Notes under the pieces: generated by a model
Databases searched by the model: none
What the model saw: only the letters and a program-made list of their open reading frames with translations
What the model was told of the DNA's origin: nothing
Program-made: the position numbers and the translations under genes
Virus record (IMG/VR): IMGVR_UViG_3300037245_001419
Coordinates: 147,778-211,777 of that record
Length of the DNA: 64,000 nt
Reading direction: 5' to 3' (one strand)
Part shown: positions 40,511 through 49,743 of the stretch, in pieces
How positions within the stretch are numbered: the stretch's first letter is position 1
How the letters are laid out: each line of letters begins with the position of its first letter

Positions 40511-40711
40511 TTAACTAACTAAAGTCAACCTATTTTTTATTATTTTAAAATTAACTTTGCATTTTTTAAAATCGCCTTTAACTTCAAATATATTTAAGGT
40601 ATGTTTAATATTTTCAATAGTCAATTTTTTGTTAACCGCAAATTTATTAAACACCTGTATTAATTGGCTATTGTCTTGTATCATGCGATATAATATGTTT
40701 GTATCTTTCAT
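40511..40711 (-). CDS. hypothetical protein
   Basis: directly after a promoter. Confidence 0.55.
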   Translation of the reverse strand: MKDTNILYRMIQDNSQLIQVFNKFAVNKKLTIENIKHTLNIFEVKGDFKKCKVNFKIIKNRLTLVS

Positions 40712-40789
40712 ACTATGTAATATAGCTATTCAACTAATAATGTCAAGGGGGCAAAGAGAAATAAACCTAGATTATTATATTAGCATGTA

Positions 40790-40858
40790 CTAATGAAAAA
40801 CCTTCACTCTCCCCCGTCTTTTAAAGATAGTAGTCAACCGTGGGGTATATTAAATATA
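40790..40858 (-). ncRNA. candidate small RNA, copy 1
   Basis: behind TTGCAA-17-TATATT; homologous to 47083-47160 in inverted orientation. Confidence 0.4.
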
Positions 40859-40915
40859 GAAACTTTTTTGTGTAATTGCAACCAATAAGCACAAAAAAGA
40901 TTAATTAAATATACT

Positions 40916-41236
40916 TTAGTTATCGTTTTTACTATACATCACAGTACAAAATAAACGTACCAATGCACTACGGGGAATTGACATTTTTGCAGTCTCTAAA
41001 GCCTTATCATCTAAACAATTAGTTAAAGCTATAATATTTAGTGTAACAATGTTTTTATTGTCAATATGATCTAAAATATAATCAACAACATCATACTTAT
41101 TTTTTAGCTTTGTTACCCATATTAATTCTAATTTTGATAACCTATAATCAATAGTATTAACCCATTCGCTAAAAATCTGATTATAGCCCATAGCTAGAAT
41201 ATCGATACTAGTATAAAATGTTTTGGGTGTACTCAT
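40916..41236 (-). CDS. hypothetical protein, paralog of 41833-42159
   Basis: YTSIDILAM...YRLS...SALVRLF. Confidence 0.75.
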   Translation of the reverse strand: MSTPKTFYTSIDILAMGYNQIFSEWVNTIDYRLSKLELIWVTKLKNKYDVVDYILDHIDNKNIVTLNIIALTNCLDDKALETAKMSIPRSALVRLFCTVMYSKNDN

Positions 41237-41281
41237 CTGAATAACTCCTTAACCTATCTATTAACTAATTTAGCTTAAAAG

Positions 41282-41638
41282 CTATAACCTGTCAATGCTT
41301 ATCGGTGGTTTCAGCCAATTAATACTATTGCTATCAATATTCTTTACAACATCACCTACCAATTGACCGTCAATAGCATTAGATACATCTTGAAAATAAT
41401 GAACATAACGTTCTATGATTTCACTGGTTTTTTCAACTTCAAAGCTATCTAAGACCCCTTTAATGTAATCGGTTACAATGGTTTCGTTAACACATAAAGG
41501 AGCTGTTAAGGGTGTCGTATCAGCAAATAAATCTGTATATGTATTAACTACATAATCATATTGATAATTAGATACAACACCCTTAATATTATTTTTGATC
41601 TCTTTTTTAATCTTTGATGTAACTAATTGACAATACAT
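41282..41638 (-). CDS. hypothetical protein
   Basis: AAGGA RBS. Confidence 0.65.
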   Translation of the reverse strand: MYCQLVTSKIKKEIKNNIKGVVSNYQYDYVVNTYTDLFADTTPLTAPLCVNETIVTDYIKGVLDSFEVEKTSEIIERYVHYFQDVSNAIDGQLVGDVVKNIDSNSINWLKPPISIDRL

Positions 41639-41741
41639 AATAATCCTTTTATATAAAAAAAACTGAAGTATAATATATCGGAGTAAATATAAAATACTTC
41701 AGTTTATCTGATAGGGTAGATAAGTTATCAGAGTAATTTTT

Positions 41742-41829
41742 TTGTCTTAATCAAACCATGGCTTAATAAAATCTTGTCTTAATCAAACCATGGCTTAATA
41801 GTGAGCTGTTTAGGTAGTGACCTGTTTAG
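41742..41829. repeat. intergenic direct repeats
   Basis: 27-bp TTGTCTTAATCAAACCATGGCTTAATA twice (41742, 41774), then AGTGASCTGTTTAG twice. Confidence 0.85.
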
Positions 41830-41832
41830 CTG

Positions 41833-42159
41833 TTATTCGTCGTCGTCGTCGGTTTCTGTGTACCCACAAAAGAATAATCTTTGTAGTGCACTATCTTCGC
41901 TTAACATTGGAGCCATTCCAGCCCCTTTATTATCACCATCTAAAACTTTTGAAAATTCATAAGAATCAAGCTCTATAATATTTTCATCGTTAGCATTTTC
42001 TAGTATGTGTTCAGCAATAGAGTAGTTACCCTTAACAAAATTAGCCCATTCAATTTCACCTTCAGTCAATTTGTAGGTAACATTTCCCTCAAATAGACCA
42101 CAAACCTCTTCAGTTTCCATGCCTAAAATCTCTTCACTTGTATAAATTTTCGTATCCAT
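41833..42159 (-). CDS. acidic hypothetical protein, paralog of 40916-41236
   Basis: YTSEEILGM...YKLT...SALQRLF. Confidence 0.8.
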   Translation of the reverse strand: MDTKIYTSEEILGMETEEVCGLFEGNVTYKLTEGEIEWANFVKGNYSIAEHILENANDENIIELDSYEFSKVLDGDNKGAGMAPMLSEDSALQRLFFCGYTETDDDDE

Positions 42160-42254
42160 TCTTGACTCCCTGTGACCTGTATTAAATATAACTCTTTAGT
42201 GAATACCTGTCAATAAGATATTAACTAAAGAGCTAAATAAATTAGCTCTTTACT

Positions 42255-42620
42255 TTAGTTTACATTCAAGTGTTTTAAAATACGTTTCAATTGTGATTTG
42301 TTAAAAACCTCTAAATGTATACAATAAGTGACCTCTTCAGATTTTTCATAATCTTCTGTAAAGCTTTGACCATAAAAGGAAGGTTTTTTATCATCTATTT
42401 GTATATTAGATTGATTTGAAATTTGTAAATCTCTACAATATTCTAAAAACGTTTTTACATTTGACTCAATAGCATAAAATTCCTTATCATCTACTAAATC
42501 AATACTATCATTAATCGGTTTATGTATAGGTGATGGAATGTAACTAAATCCATTTTCTGAAGTTTCGCCATTTTCAGCGCTTTCTGGTGTAACATAATCA
42601 TATGTTATATAATATTTCAT
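42255..42620 (-). CDS. conserved phage hypothetical protein
   Basis: ITYDYVTPESAENG; own promoter. Confidence 0.75.
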   Translation of the reverse strand: MKYYITYDYVTPESAENGETSENGFSYIPSPIHKPINDSIDLVDDKEFYAIESNVKTFLEYCRDLQISNQSNIQIDDKKPSFYGQSFTEDYEKSEEVTYCIHLEVFNKSQLKRILKHLNVN

Positions 42621-42930
42621 TGCGTTAACTCCTTAACTTATCTATGAACTAAGATAGCTTATTATATAACACCCGTCAACAATTAAATACATAAAAGATT
42701 AAATAAATTAAATACTGTTTTAAACACCCTATAAGCCCCGATAATTTAAGCCATACAATCACACTAGAAAACAAAAACACCCCGTTTAAATAGCTTTAAA
42801 ACACATATAAACAGTAGTTAACCACCCTATAACACCCACAACATCACCTGGTTAATGTACAAAATACACTAAGGTATATAGACGTAAAAAAGCCCCTGTT
42901 TAGGGGGCTTAATATACTTTAGTTTGGGGC

Positions 42931-43476
42931 TTATAGTGTACCCTCTAACATTTTTCCCTTAATAGTCACTATATTATCAATAGATTCATAATTTAGAGCG
43001 TTAAAAAGTCTATTACAATTACTTTTTAATGACATAATAGCCCGTTTACATTTAGCTTGATAAGCAATATTACTTGATTCGCTTATTTCTTCAGTAAGTT
43101 GAATAATAGTATTAATTGCAACCAAATTAGAGTTAATACATTCAAGCTTAGAAGGTTTAAACACTTCAGTAACTAAATTATTAACATAGCGGACAAATAA
43201 GCGGTATATGTCAAATACCCGAAAATTTAAGCGGTATTGGTTCCCGTTGCTATCTAAAGCCCCTGCATTATGGCACGGGTACATACTTACACAATTTTGT
43301 ACTTTGTATTGATCCCATAAATCTTGGGGTATGGCGTAATCAATTGTATATTTTTCAAAACCTAATATTTTTACTATTTCGCATTTACTCATTCCATTTA
43401 ATAAAGCAACCTGTGTTGCTTCCTTTGTGTAATCGGCCTGTTTATATCGTGTTGCTACTGATTTTAAATCTGTCAT
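42931..43476 (-). CDS. hypothetical protein
   Basis: own promoter and AAGGAG. Confidence 0.75.
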   Translation of the reverse strand: MTDLKSVATRYKQADYTKEATQVALLNGMSKCEIVKILGFEKYTIDYAIPQDLWDQYKVQNCVSMYPCHNAGALDSNGNQYRLNFRVFDIYRLFVRYVNNLVTEVFKPSKLECINSNLVAINTIIQLTEEISESSNIAYQAKCKRAIMSLKSNCNRLFNALNYESIDNIVTIKGKMLEGTL

Positions 43477-43679
43477 TTCGTTAACTCCTTAACTTATCTA
43501 TGAACTAATATAGTTCATTAACTAAAGTATGTCAACACCTAAACACAAAAAAGAATAAATAAATTGCTTTAGCTTTTAAACACCCTATAAGCTCACTATA
43601 TACAAGGTGATACCATATCACCAAACACAAAAAAAGCCCCTTGATAGGGGGCTTATAACGGCTTAAATAGTACTTTAGT

Positions 43680-43922
43680 TTATACTAAATGTATCCTAAA
43701 GTTTGCTTTACTTTTATAATAATATTTATCGGGGTAATTTTCAGCTTTAACTTCCCTATGTTCTTTTAACATTGCTAAAACTTCAGTCTCAATATGTGCA
43801 CCTATACAATTTTGATATGTAGCATCGCCCACTAAATGCGGTATATTCTTTTTAATCACATATACGGTAAACTCTGTAAATTTGTCGGTCACTTTTGTGA
43901 TACTAACTATAAAATTTTTCAT
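43680..43922 (-). CDS. hypothetical protein
   Basis: own promoter and AAGGAG. Confidence 0.75.
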   Translation of the reverse strand: MKNFIVSITKVTDKFTEFTVYVIKKNIPHLVGDATYQNCIGAHIETEVLAMLKEHREVKAENYPDKYYYKSKANFRIHLV

Positions 43923-44068
43923 TGTCGTTAACTCCTTAACTTATCTATGAACTAAGATAGCTTATTAAATAACCGTTGTCAACATAAAAGAGAAAATACT
44001 TTAGTTTAGACAATAAAAAACCGCTCTAAATTAGAGCGGTTAACGAATCAAGATATACTTTAGTTATT

Positions 44069-44590
44069 TTAGGCTGCGATTTGTCCCTGTCTACTTTTAC
44101 CCGCTTTTGCTGAGTCGTGAACGTCTCGAATTTTATTCATTGACCAACTTTTGCGGTTATAACATTTATACCAATTCGGCTTAAACGTCCACGATTTTTT
44201 ACCTTTATTCCAATAAAAGCCTAAAGCTTTAAATAATTGGCCGTTGGTTTTATACTCTTCAATATTTGTTATATACATGTATATACCGCAAATTTCAACA
44301 TCAAAGGTAAAATTACCAAAAAACTGTTTTACTTTCTGATATACATCAAAAATCTCTAAATCCACTGAAGCGCAAAAATCCTCAAAATTCTCAATAGTTG
44401 CACTTTCAGCGCTCCCAATATCGGAACCGATATTTTTACTTAGATACTCGAATTCTGCAAAAATCGCTTGAAAATCCTTAACACTTCCCCCTTTGTCGGG
44501 GTGATTCTTAACGGCTAAATTCTTATATTCCATTTTTAATTCAAATGCATCAAATCCGCTCTTTAGTTCTGTAAAATATTTAATATCCAT
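44069..44590 (-). CDS. J-domain (DnaJ-like) protein
   Basis: ELKMEYKNLAVKNHPDKGG (HPD motif); C-terminal LGFYWNKGKKSW domain. Confidence 0.85.
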   Translation of the reverse strand: MDIKYFTELKSGFDAFELKMEYKNLAVKNHPDKGGSVKDFQAIFAEFEYLSKNIGSDIGSAESATIENFEDFCASVDLEIFDVYQKVKQFFGNFTFDVEICGIYMYITNIEEYKTNGQLFKALGFYWNKGKKSWTFKPNWYKCYNRKSWSMNKIRDVHDSAKAGKSRQGQIAA

Positions 44591-44773
44591 TTTGTTAACT
44601 CCTTAACTTATCTATGAACTAAGATAGCTTATTAATTAACACCCGTCAACATAATAATAACAATTAATAAAAATAAATTACTTTAGTTATTTGGGTTATT
44701 TAATATCGGGGGTCTCACTAAAGATACAAATAAAACCCCGATATTGTCAAGGGGTAAAGAGAAATAATATACT

Positions 44774-44992
44774 TTATACTATTTTATATGTGACTTTACG
44801 ATTATTGATATAATCTAAAGAGAAACTATTTTTATGGTTTTCTGAATACTCTATAGTATTCTCAATATGTTTATTAACCGCTTTCATCCTTAAGGTGCTA
44901 AACTCTGTTAAGGTTGCGCTTTCTTTAATGATTAAAGTATCACTATATACTTTTGAACCTTTAATCTTTGAAGTAATTCTTATAATATTCAT
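44774..44992 (-). CDS. hypothetical protein
   Basis: ORF; AACTAAAGT directly before the ATG. Confidence 0.6.
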   Translation of the reverse strand: MNIIRITSKIKGSKVYSDTLIIKESATLTEFSTLRMKAVNKHIENTIEYSENHKNSFSLDYINNRKVTYKIV

Positions 44993-45612
44993 ACTTTAGT
45001 TAATCCCTATAGTTAGTTGTATATGTGTATTAATTCGGTTTTAAGGGGTATAGAATCAACTTTACCCGATACATTAATATAGTGTGTAGATGTAATCTTT
45101 TTACCGCTTAAAGGCATGTTTAAACCCTTGAAATTTTCACCAATTGTCAACCGCTCAAAAGTCATAATAAACCCCCTATGAAACTAATCTTTCAACATAT
45201 GTTATAGTTACATTGACATATTGTGAACCTTGACAATACAACATATATAGACCATATATAGCTAAACCAATAATAATAATTCTTAACATCCTAATAACTC
45301 CTTATATCGGCTTAACATCACAGTAAGACAATTTACCCTCTAAAACGTTAATCATAGCGTTATACTCTTCATTACTGCTTATAGTCCTATAATAGTCTAA
45401 AGTAATGTTAAGGGGTAATTCTACGATATTTTGAGGTAATTCAGCAATTGTCATATTTAAACCATTTAACTAATTAACTTATCTATTATTAATAATAGCT
45501 AATTAACTAAGTTATTACAAGTAAAAAATGCATAACATACAAAATAAATACACTTTAGTTGTAAACACAAAAAAGCCCCTAAACAGGGGGCTAATCTAAA
45601 GTACTTTAGTTA

Positions 45613-45849
45613 TTATGCTAAAAAATAAGAGGGTTTTGGTAATTTAGTAAATAACTGTTTAAATTCGGATTCTGTAAAATAACCCAAATCAATTATTTTA
45701 TTAGTTTCAATATCAGTATATTGCACTCTAATGTTGTCTAAATGCAAAGTAACTCTAATTTGTATCTCATTAAAATACAAATGTTTAGGCTCAATAGTAT
45801 CTACTTTAAACCCTTGACCCTTAAACGCTGTAATTGTTAAATTTTTCAT
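45613..45849 (-). CDS. hypothetical protein
   Basis: own promoter and AAGGAG. Confidence 0.75.
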   Translation of the reverse strand: MKNLTITAFKGQGFKVDTIEPKHLYFNEIQIRVTLHLDNIRVQYTDIETNKIIDLGYFTESEFKQLFTKLPKPSYFLA

Positions 45850-45979
45850 ATTGTTAACTCCTTAACTTATCTATGAACTAATATAGTTAATAAACTAACT
45901 AAAGTCAACATAATTTACAATATATCCTTAAACACAAAAAAACCCCTAAACAGGGGCTACATAAGAGATTAAATATACT

Positions 45980-46291
45980 TTAGTTTATACGGGCGAATTC
46001 AACACTTTTTACAATTAATACGTTATCGGGGTACATTTTATTATTTGAGCTATGTTGATTATTAATAGAAGTGTACACTTCATACTCAAAGTACAATTTA
46101 AAACCGTTGGGGCCGTCCGTATAGTTAAAGAAACGTACCCCGTTTTTATTCCAGTTATCAGATAAATATTTGCTCCATAAAGCAAAAAACGTTTCTTTTT
46201 CATACAATGAATCAATAGAGGTTAAAACAGAATTTAACGACTCAATAACACCCCTATTAAAATGTACACTTTCCGACAACACAACACACAT
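45980..46291 (-). CDS. hypothetical protein
   Basis: ends AAC-TAA in the 10-mer. Confidence 0.65.
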   Translation of the reverse strand: MCVVLSESVHFNRGVIESLNSVLTSIDSLYEKETFFALWSKYLSDNWNKNGVRFFNYTDGPNGFKLYFEYEVYTSINNQHSSNNKMYPDNVLIVKSVEFARIN

Positions 46292-46805
46292 AATATAAAC
46301 CCCTATCCTTTAACGATTGACTGAAGTTGTGACGATATAGCTATATATTCAGCTACATTTTGAGGTGTACTATTTGCGATACATTCCGCTTTCAATTCGT
46401 TCTTTCTTACATTTAATTCGTTTAATTCTAAAACTGACATTTGATTAACTCCTTAATCTGTGTAACTTATCTATGAACTAAGATAGCTTATTATATAACA
46501 CCCGTCAACATAATAATGCATAAAAGATAAAATAAATTAATTTATACCCATAGACACAAAAAAAGCCCCCTACATAGTAGAGGGCAAAATAGAAACGTGA
46601 TATACTTTAGTTTATAATAAACCGTTAACCTTTGATTGATTCACCTTTGAACGGGGAGCAGTGCACAAATTGAAAGATGTAATAGATTTGCGAGCGATTG
46701 AGATTTTTTGAATAGATTTAAACATATGTGATACCTTTTAGTTATTAACTTATCTATGAACAATAATAGCTTATTCATTAATATAATACAAGGGGAAAAT
46801 ATACT

Positions 46806-46967
46806 TTAGTTATAAACAGGCTTTACATGATACCTATATGCACCATATATATTATCTAATTTATCGGCTCGATTACGGGCGGTTTTTCGTTGGTGTGATT
46901 TATATTCTTTCAATACCTTTTTTGTGTGACCATCAATCAAAGTATAGCCTATTATCTCATTACTCAT
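46806..46967 (-). CDS. small conserved phage protein
   Basis: ARNRADKLDNIYGAYRY; start moved to MSNEI. Confidence 0.7.
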   Translation of the reverse strand: MSNEIIGYTLIDGHTKKVLKEYKSHQRKTARNRADKLDNIYGAYRYHVKPVYN

Positions 46968-47082
46968 ATTATACCTACAAAGTTTATTATGTAACAAATA
47001 TAGCTTATTAACTAAAGTATAGTACATATAATTTTATTTAATCAATCGCCCCGATATACTACACAACATAAGATTATTATAG

Positions 47083-47160
47083 TATATTTAAGATACCCCA
47101 ACGGTTGACTACTATATCTCATTTCGAGAACAACGGGGAGGAGTGAAGACTATTCATTAG
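47083..47160 (+). ncRNA. candidate small RNA, copy 2
   Basis: ATACCCCAACGGTTGACTACTAT...ACGGGG...AGTGAAG...TTCATTAG shared with copy 1. Confidence 0.4.
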
Positions 47161-47232
47161 AATATAAACATATACTAATATACTTCAGTTAAAAAAAAAG
47201 CCCCGTATATACTAGGGCCTATTTACTTTAGT

Positions 47233-47478
47233 TTAAATATTATGTTTAATCTTATCTTGAGTAATTAAATTCTCAGTCATATATACACCGCTCAAAGCTT
47301 GATTCTTAAGTTCATTACTAATAAAACCGCTTTCAGCCATTACTAGTAATATCTTATCGTTAGAGCGTGAATTTATTACACGGGCCGTTAATGAAGGCCA
47401 CCGCTTATCAATACAATCATTTAAACGTCTTATATCTGCTTTTGATAACTTGATTGATTTCTTTTCTAAAACTGCCAT
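47233..47478 (-). CDS. hypothetical protein, first gene of the leftward array
   Basis: own promoter and AAGGAG. Confidence 0.75.
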   Translation of the reverse strand: MAVLEKKSIKLSKADIRRLNDCIDKRWPSLTARVINSRSNDKILLVMAESGFISNELKNQALSGVYMTENLITQDKIKHNI

Positions 47479-47539
47479 TTAATTAACTCCTTAACTTATC
47501 TATGAATAAAGATAACATATTAACTAAGATATACAAGGG

Positions 47540-49260
47540 GAAAATATACTTCAGTTACACGGGACAATCTAAAGAGATTAAACATACAATATATTAAGCC
47601 ATATAAGAGCATATACACCCACTAAAATAGATCTTTAATACCATAGGATACAAAAGCCATAAAAGAGCTTATATACACCTTAAAATAGAAACTAGATATA
47701 CTTCAGTTATAAACGCATAAACAAAACATATTATATACAAGGGAAAAACAGCGTATACTTTAGTTATTTGAGCCAGTTCTCAATGAGCACCAAAAACTAA
47801 AAAAACTAAACATAGCTAATTAACGATGCTCATAATTAGTTAATAAGCTAATAGGATATACTAGAGTTATTATAGTTACTTTAGTTATTAGACCCCCTAT
47901 GTAAACTAAAGTAAAATAAACCTTCATATAACGTACATTATGTAAACTACTCATATGTGCACTTGACAAACTCAAAAAAGTATTACATACCATATAAGAA
48001 GCAAACTAAAGTATTTTATACCGTTTTTACTCTGTCCCCACACAATCCACCAGCACAGTATATTATATAACGCTAATATAGATAGATTCGTAAGTTGTAA
48101 CCACTACAAAGATATATTCATAACCATAAGCTAAAGCACTTTAGTTTGTAACCAATACAACAAAGGAATCAATCTATATCAGTATATGCTAATATGTAAT
48201 CATACTTCAGTTGTACCCGTAACAACTTGTAATGAGTACAATGTAACATACACCACCGCCATGGTACGATGACAAGATGTAACCAATACAACTTAGTACA
48301 CACCACATATATGTAACACACTTTAGTTTGTACTCATTACAACGTAACATTGTAACCATTACATGTATACACTAAAAGAACACTAATAACTAAAGTAAAT
48401 GTCATATGTACAGTAAGGTACGAAAACTTTAGTTTCTTTAGGCGATTAAAGCTCAAAAACAGCACATTTGCGCTGACGGTACTTTCAGGCCGTGTCCTAT
48501 GTGATTATACCCAACCCCCTACAAAAGCCCTTAAGCACACCTTAAAACGTATTTAAAGAGCTATGCAACTTAGCTACAAACTAAAGTAGTATATGATGAT
48601 ATACTTACGGACTAATCAACATAAACCCTTTATGTCAATACGACAGTATGTACTTAATGTACAATATACATACAGATCTACTTTAGTTTACCATCATATT
48701 ATAATATTAGTATATCATCATACAGTCATGGATTACTTTAGTTTATTAGTATATGATGATATTAGCATACAGTGATATACTCATGCACCTATATTAGTAT
48801 ATCATAATATACTGTGTCTTGCAAACCTTAGTGTCAGACTTACACTAAGGTAGGGTCCCCAGGGGTGATGGTTTCCCCCTCCTCCACGAGAGCCAATATA
48901 AGTCTCTCAGAGGGTGGCCGACTCTATATAATTCCGTTTCTCTAAAAAAATTTTAGAATAAAAAATTACTGCAGGGGTCGATGTACAAACTAAAGTAGTT
49001 TTAGTCGCAACTGAAGTAGTTCTTATTGTTAACTGAAGTATAACATTTACTCCATTATTGCCGGATACTGGCAAATTCAGCGTAATACTTATATATCCCT
49101 TGTATTTGCTGTTTAAGACGTTTCTAAAGCAATCTAAAGATACTCACCCATCTGTATTGTAAGAACTGACTAAGGGCCTGGAAGGGTATCTAAAGTGTCT
49201 AATTCGTCTATTGCTGTCCGACATTGTCTATTGTATTAGTCTAAGGCCAAAGGAGTAGAA
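47540..49260. other. 1.7-kb non-coding repeat-rich block (candidate genome terminus or origin)
   Basis: no credible ORF; about 15 AACTRAAGTA copies, TTGTA-N5-TACAA x7, TAGTATATSAT x4, GC-rich hairpins at 48826-48925. Confidence 0.6.
48095..48364. repeat. cluster of 7 TTGTA-N5-TACAA palindromic boxes
   Basis: starts at 48095, 48146, 48211, 48227, 48277, 48328, 48350 (three with one mismatch). Confidence 0.8.
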
Positions 49261-49266
49261 GATACT

Positions 49267-49563
49267 TTAGTTTACTTCCCATGGTTCTTCAGATGATGGT
49301 GTAAGGAACTCAAATAAGATATTCTTAAGTAATTGAATATAGTCTTCATTTGAGATATTTGGATCGAACTTAACAATACCATTAGTTATTTGATCAACAG
49401 CGTAGTACATGAAATCATCGAACTGAGAGTTATCACTGGCTTTGTGTAGATCTGGTTCTTCCAGATATGTGTCAACTAAAGTAGCATACCTGTTGTAAGT
49501 TACTACAAAAGCTTTCGTCTTGTCAGAAGGCCCCACCAATCTATCTAGAGATTCAACATTCAC
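49267..49563 (-). CDS. HLDTLV...PWEV family protein
   Basis: SLDRLVGP ... EPWEVN*. Confidence 0.8.
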   Translation of the reverse strand: MNVESLDRLVGPSDKTKAFVVTYNRYATLVDTYLEEPDLHKASDNSQFDDFMYYAVDQITNGIVKFDPNISNEDYIQLLKNILFEFLTPSSEEPWEVN

Positions 49564-49743
49564 TTAGTTAACCTCCCATGGTTTGTTGTTAACGCCTTCT
49601 AACTCTGCATGAGTATAAAGTCTTGGTTTGAAAATGCTTGGAATAGTCATACCTGGTGTAGGGTTGCGATTAAACTCTTCTGCAGCACAGAACACAGGTT
49701 TTGTTTTAACGAGCGCATCCAGGTGTTTGACTAGATCAATCAC
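49564..49743 (-). CDS. HLDTLV...PWEV family protein
   Basis: GTG start; KHLDALVK ... KPWEVN*. Confidence 0.8.
   Translation of the reverse strand: MIDLVKHLDALVKTKPVFCAAEEFNRNPTPGMTIPSIFKPRLYTHAELEGVNNKPWEVN

Larger units (their letters stand above)
9520..47540 (-). promoter_or_regulatory. array of more than 40 near-identical class-I promoters (TTGACA-N17-TATCTT/TATATT with TAGYTWATTAACTA)
   Basis: + strand motif tattaaagatagttaattaacta..tgtcaa recurs with -35 near 12520, 14954, 15686, 16517, 17220, 17987, 20306, 23908, 25295, 25803, 26375, 28260, 28516, 29726, 30649, 31504, 32280, 33820, 34242, 34900, 35293, 36118, 36402, 36798, 37268, 37598, 38241, 38770, 41290, 42208, 43530, 43977, 44644 and others. 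Confidence 0.9.

Noticed and set aside
9520-47540. Repeated intergenic motif as a CRISPR array
   Set aside because: Spacing is hundreds of bp, the intervening DNA is genes, the repeats are promoters, and no cas genes are present.
48593-48775. 60-aa ORF in the non-coding block
   Set aside because: No RBS; it runs through low-complexity repeats.
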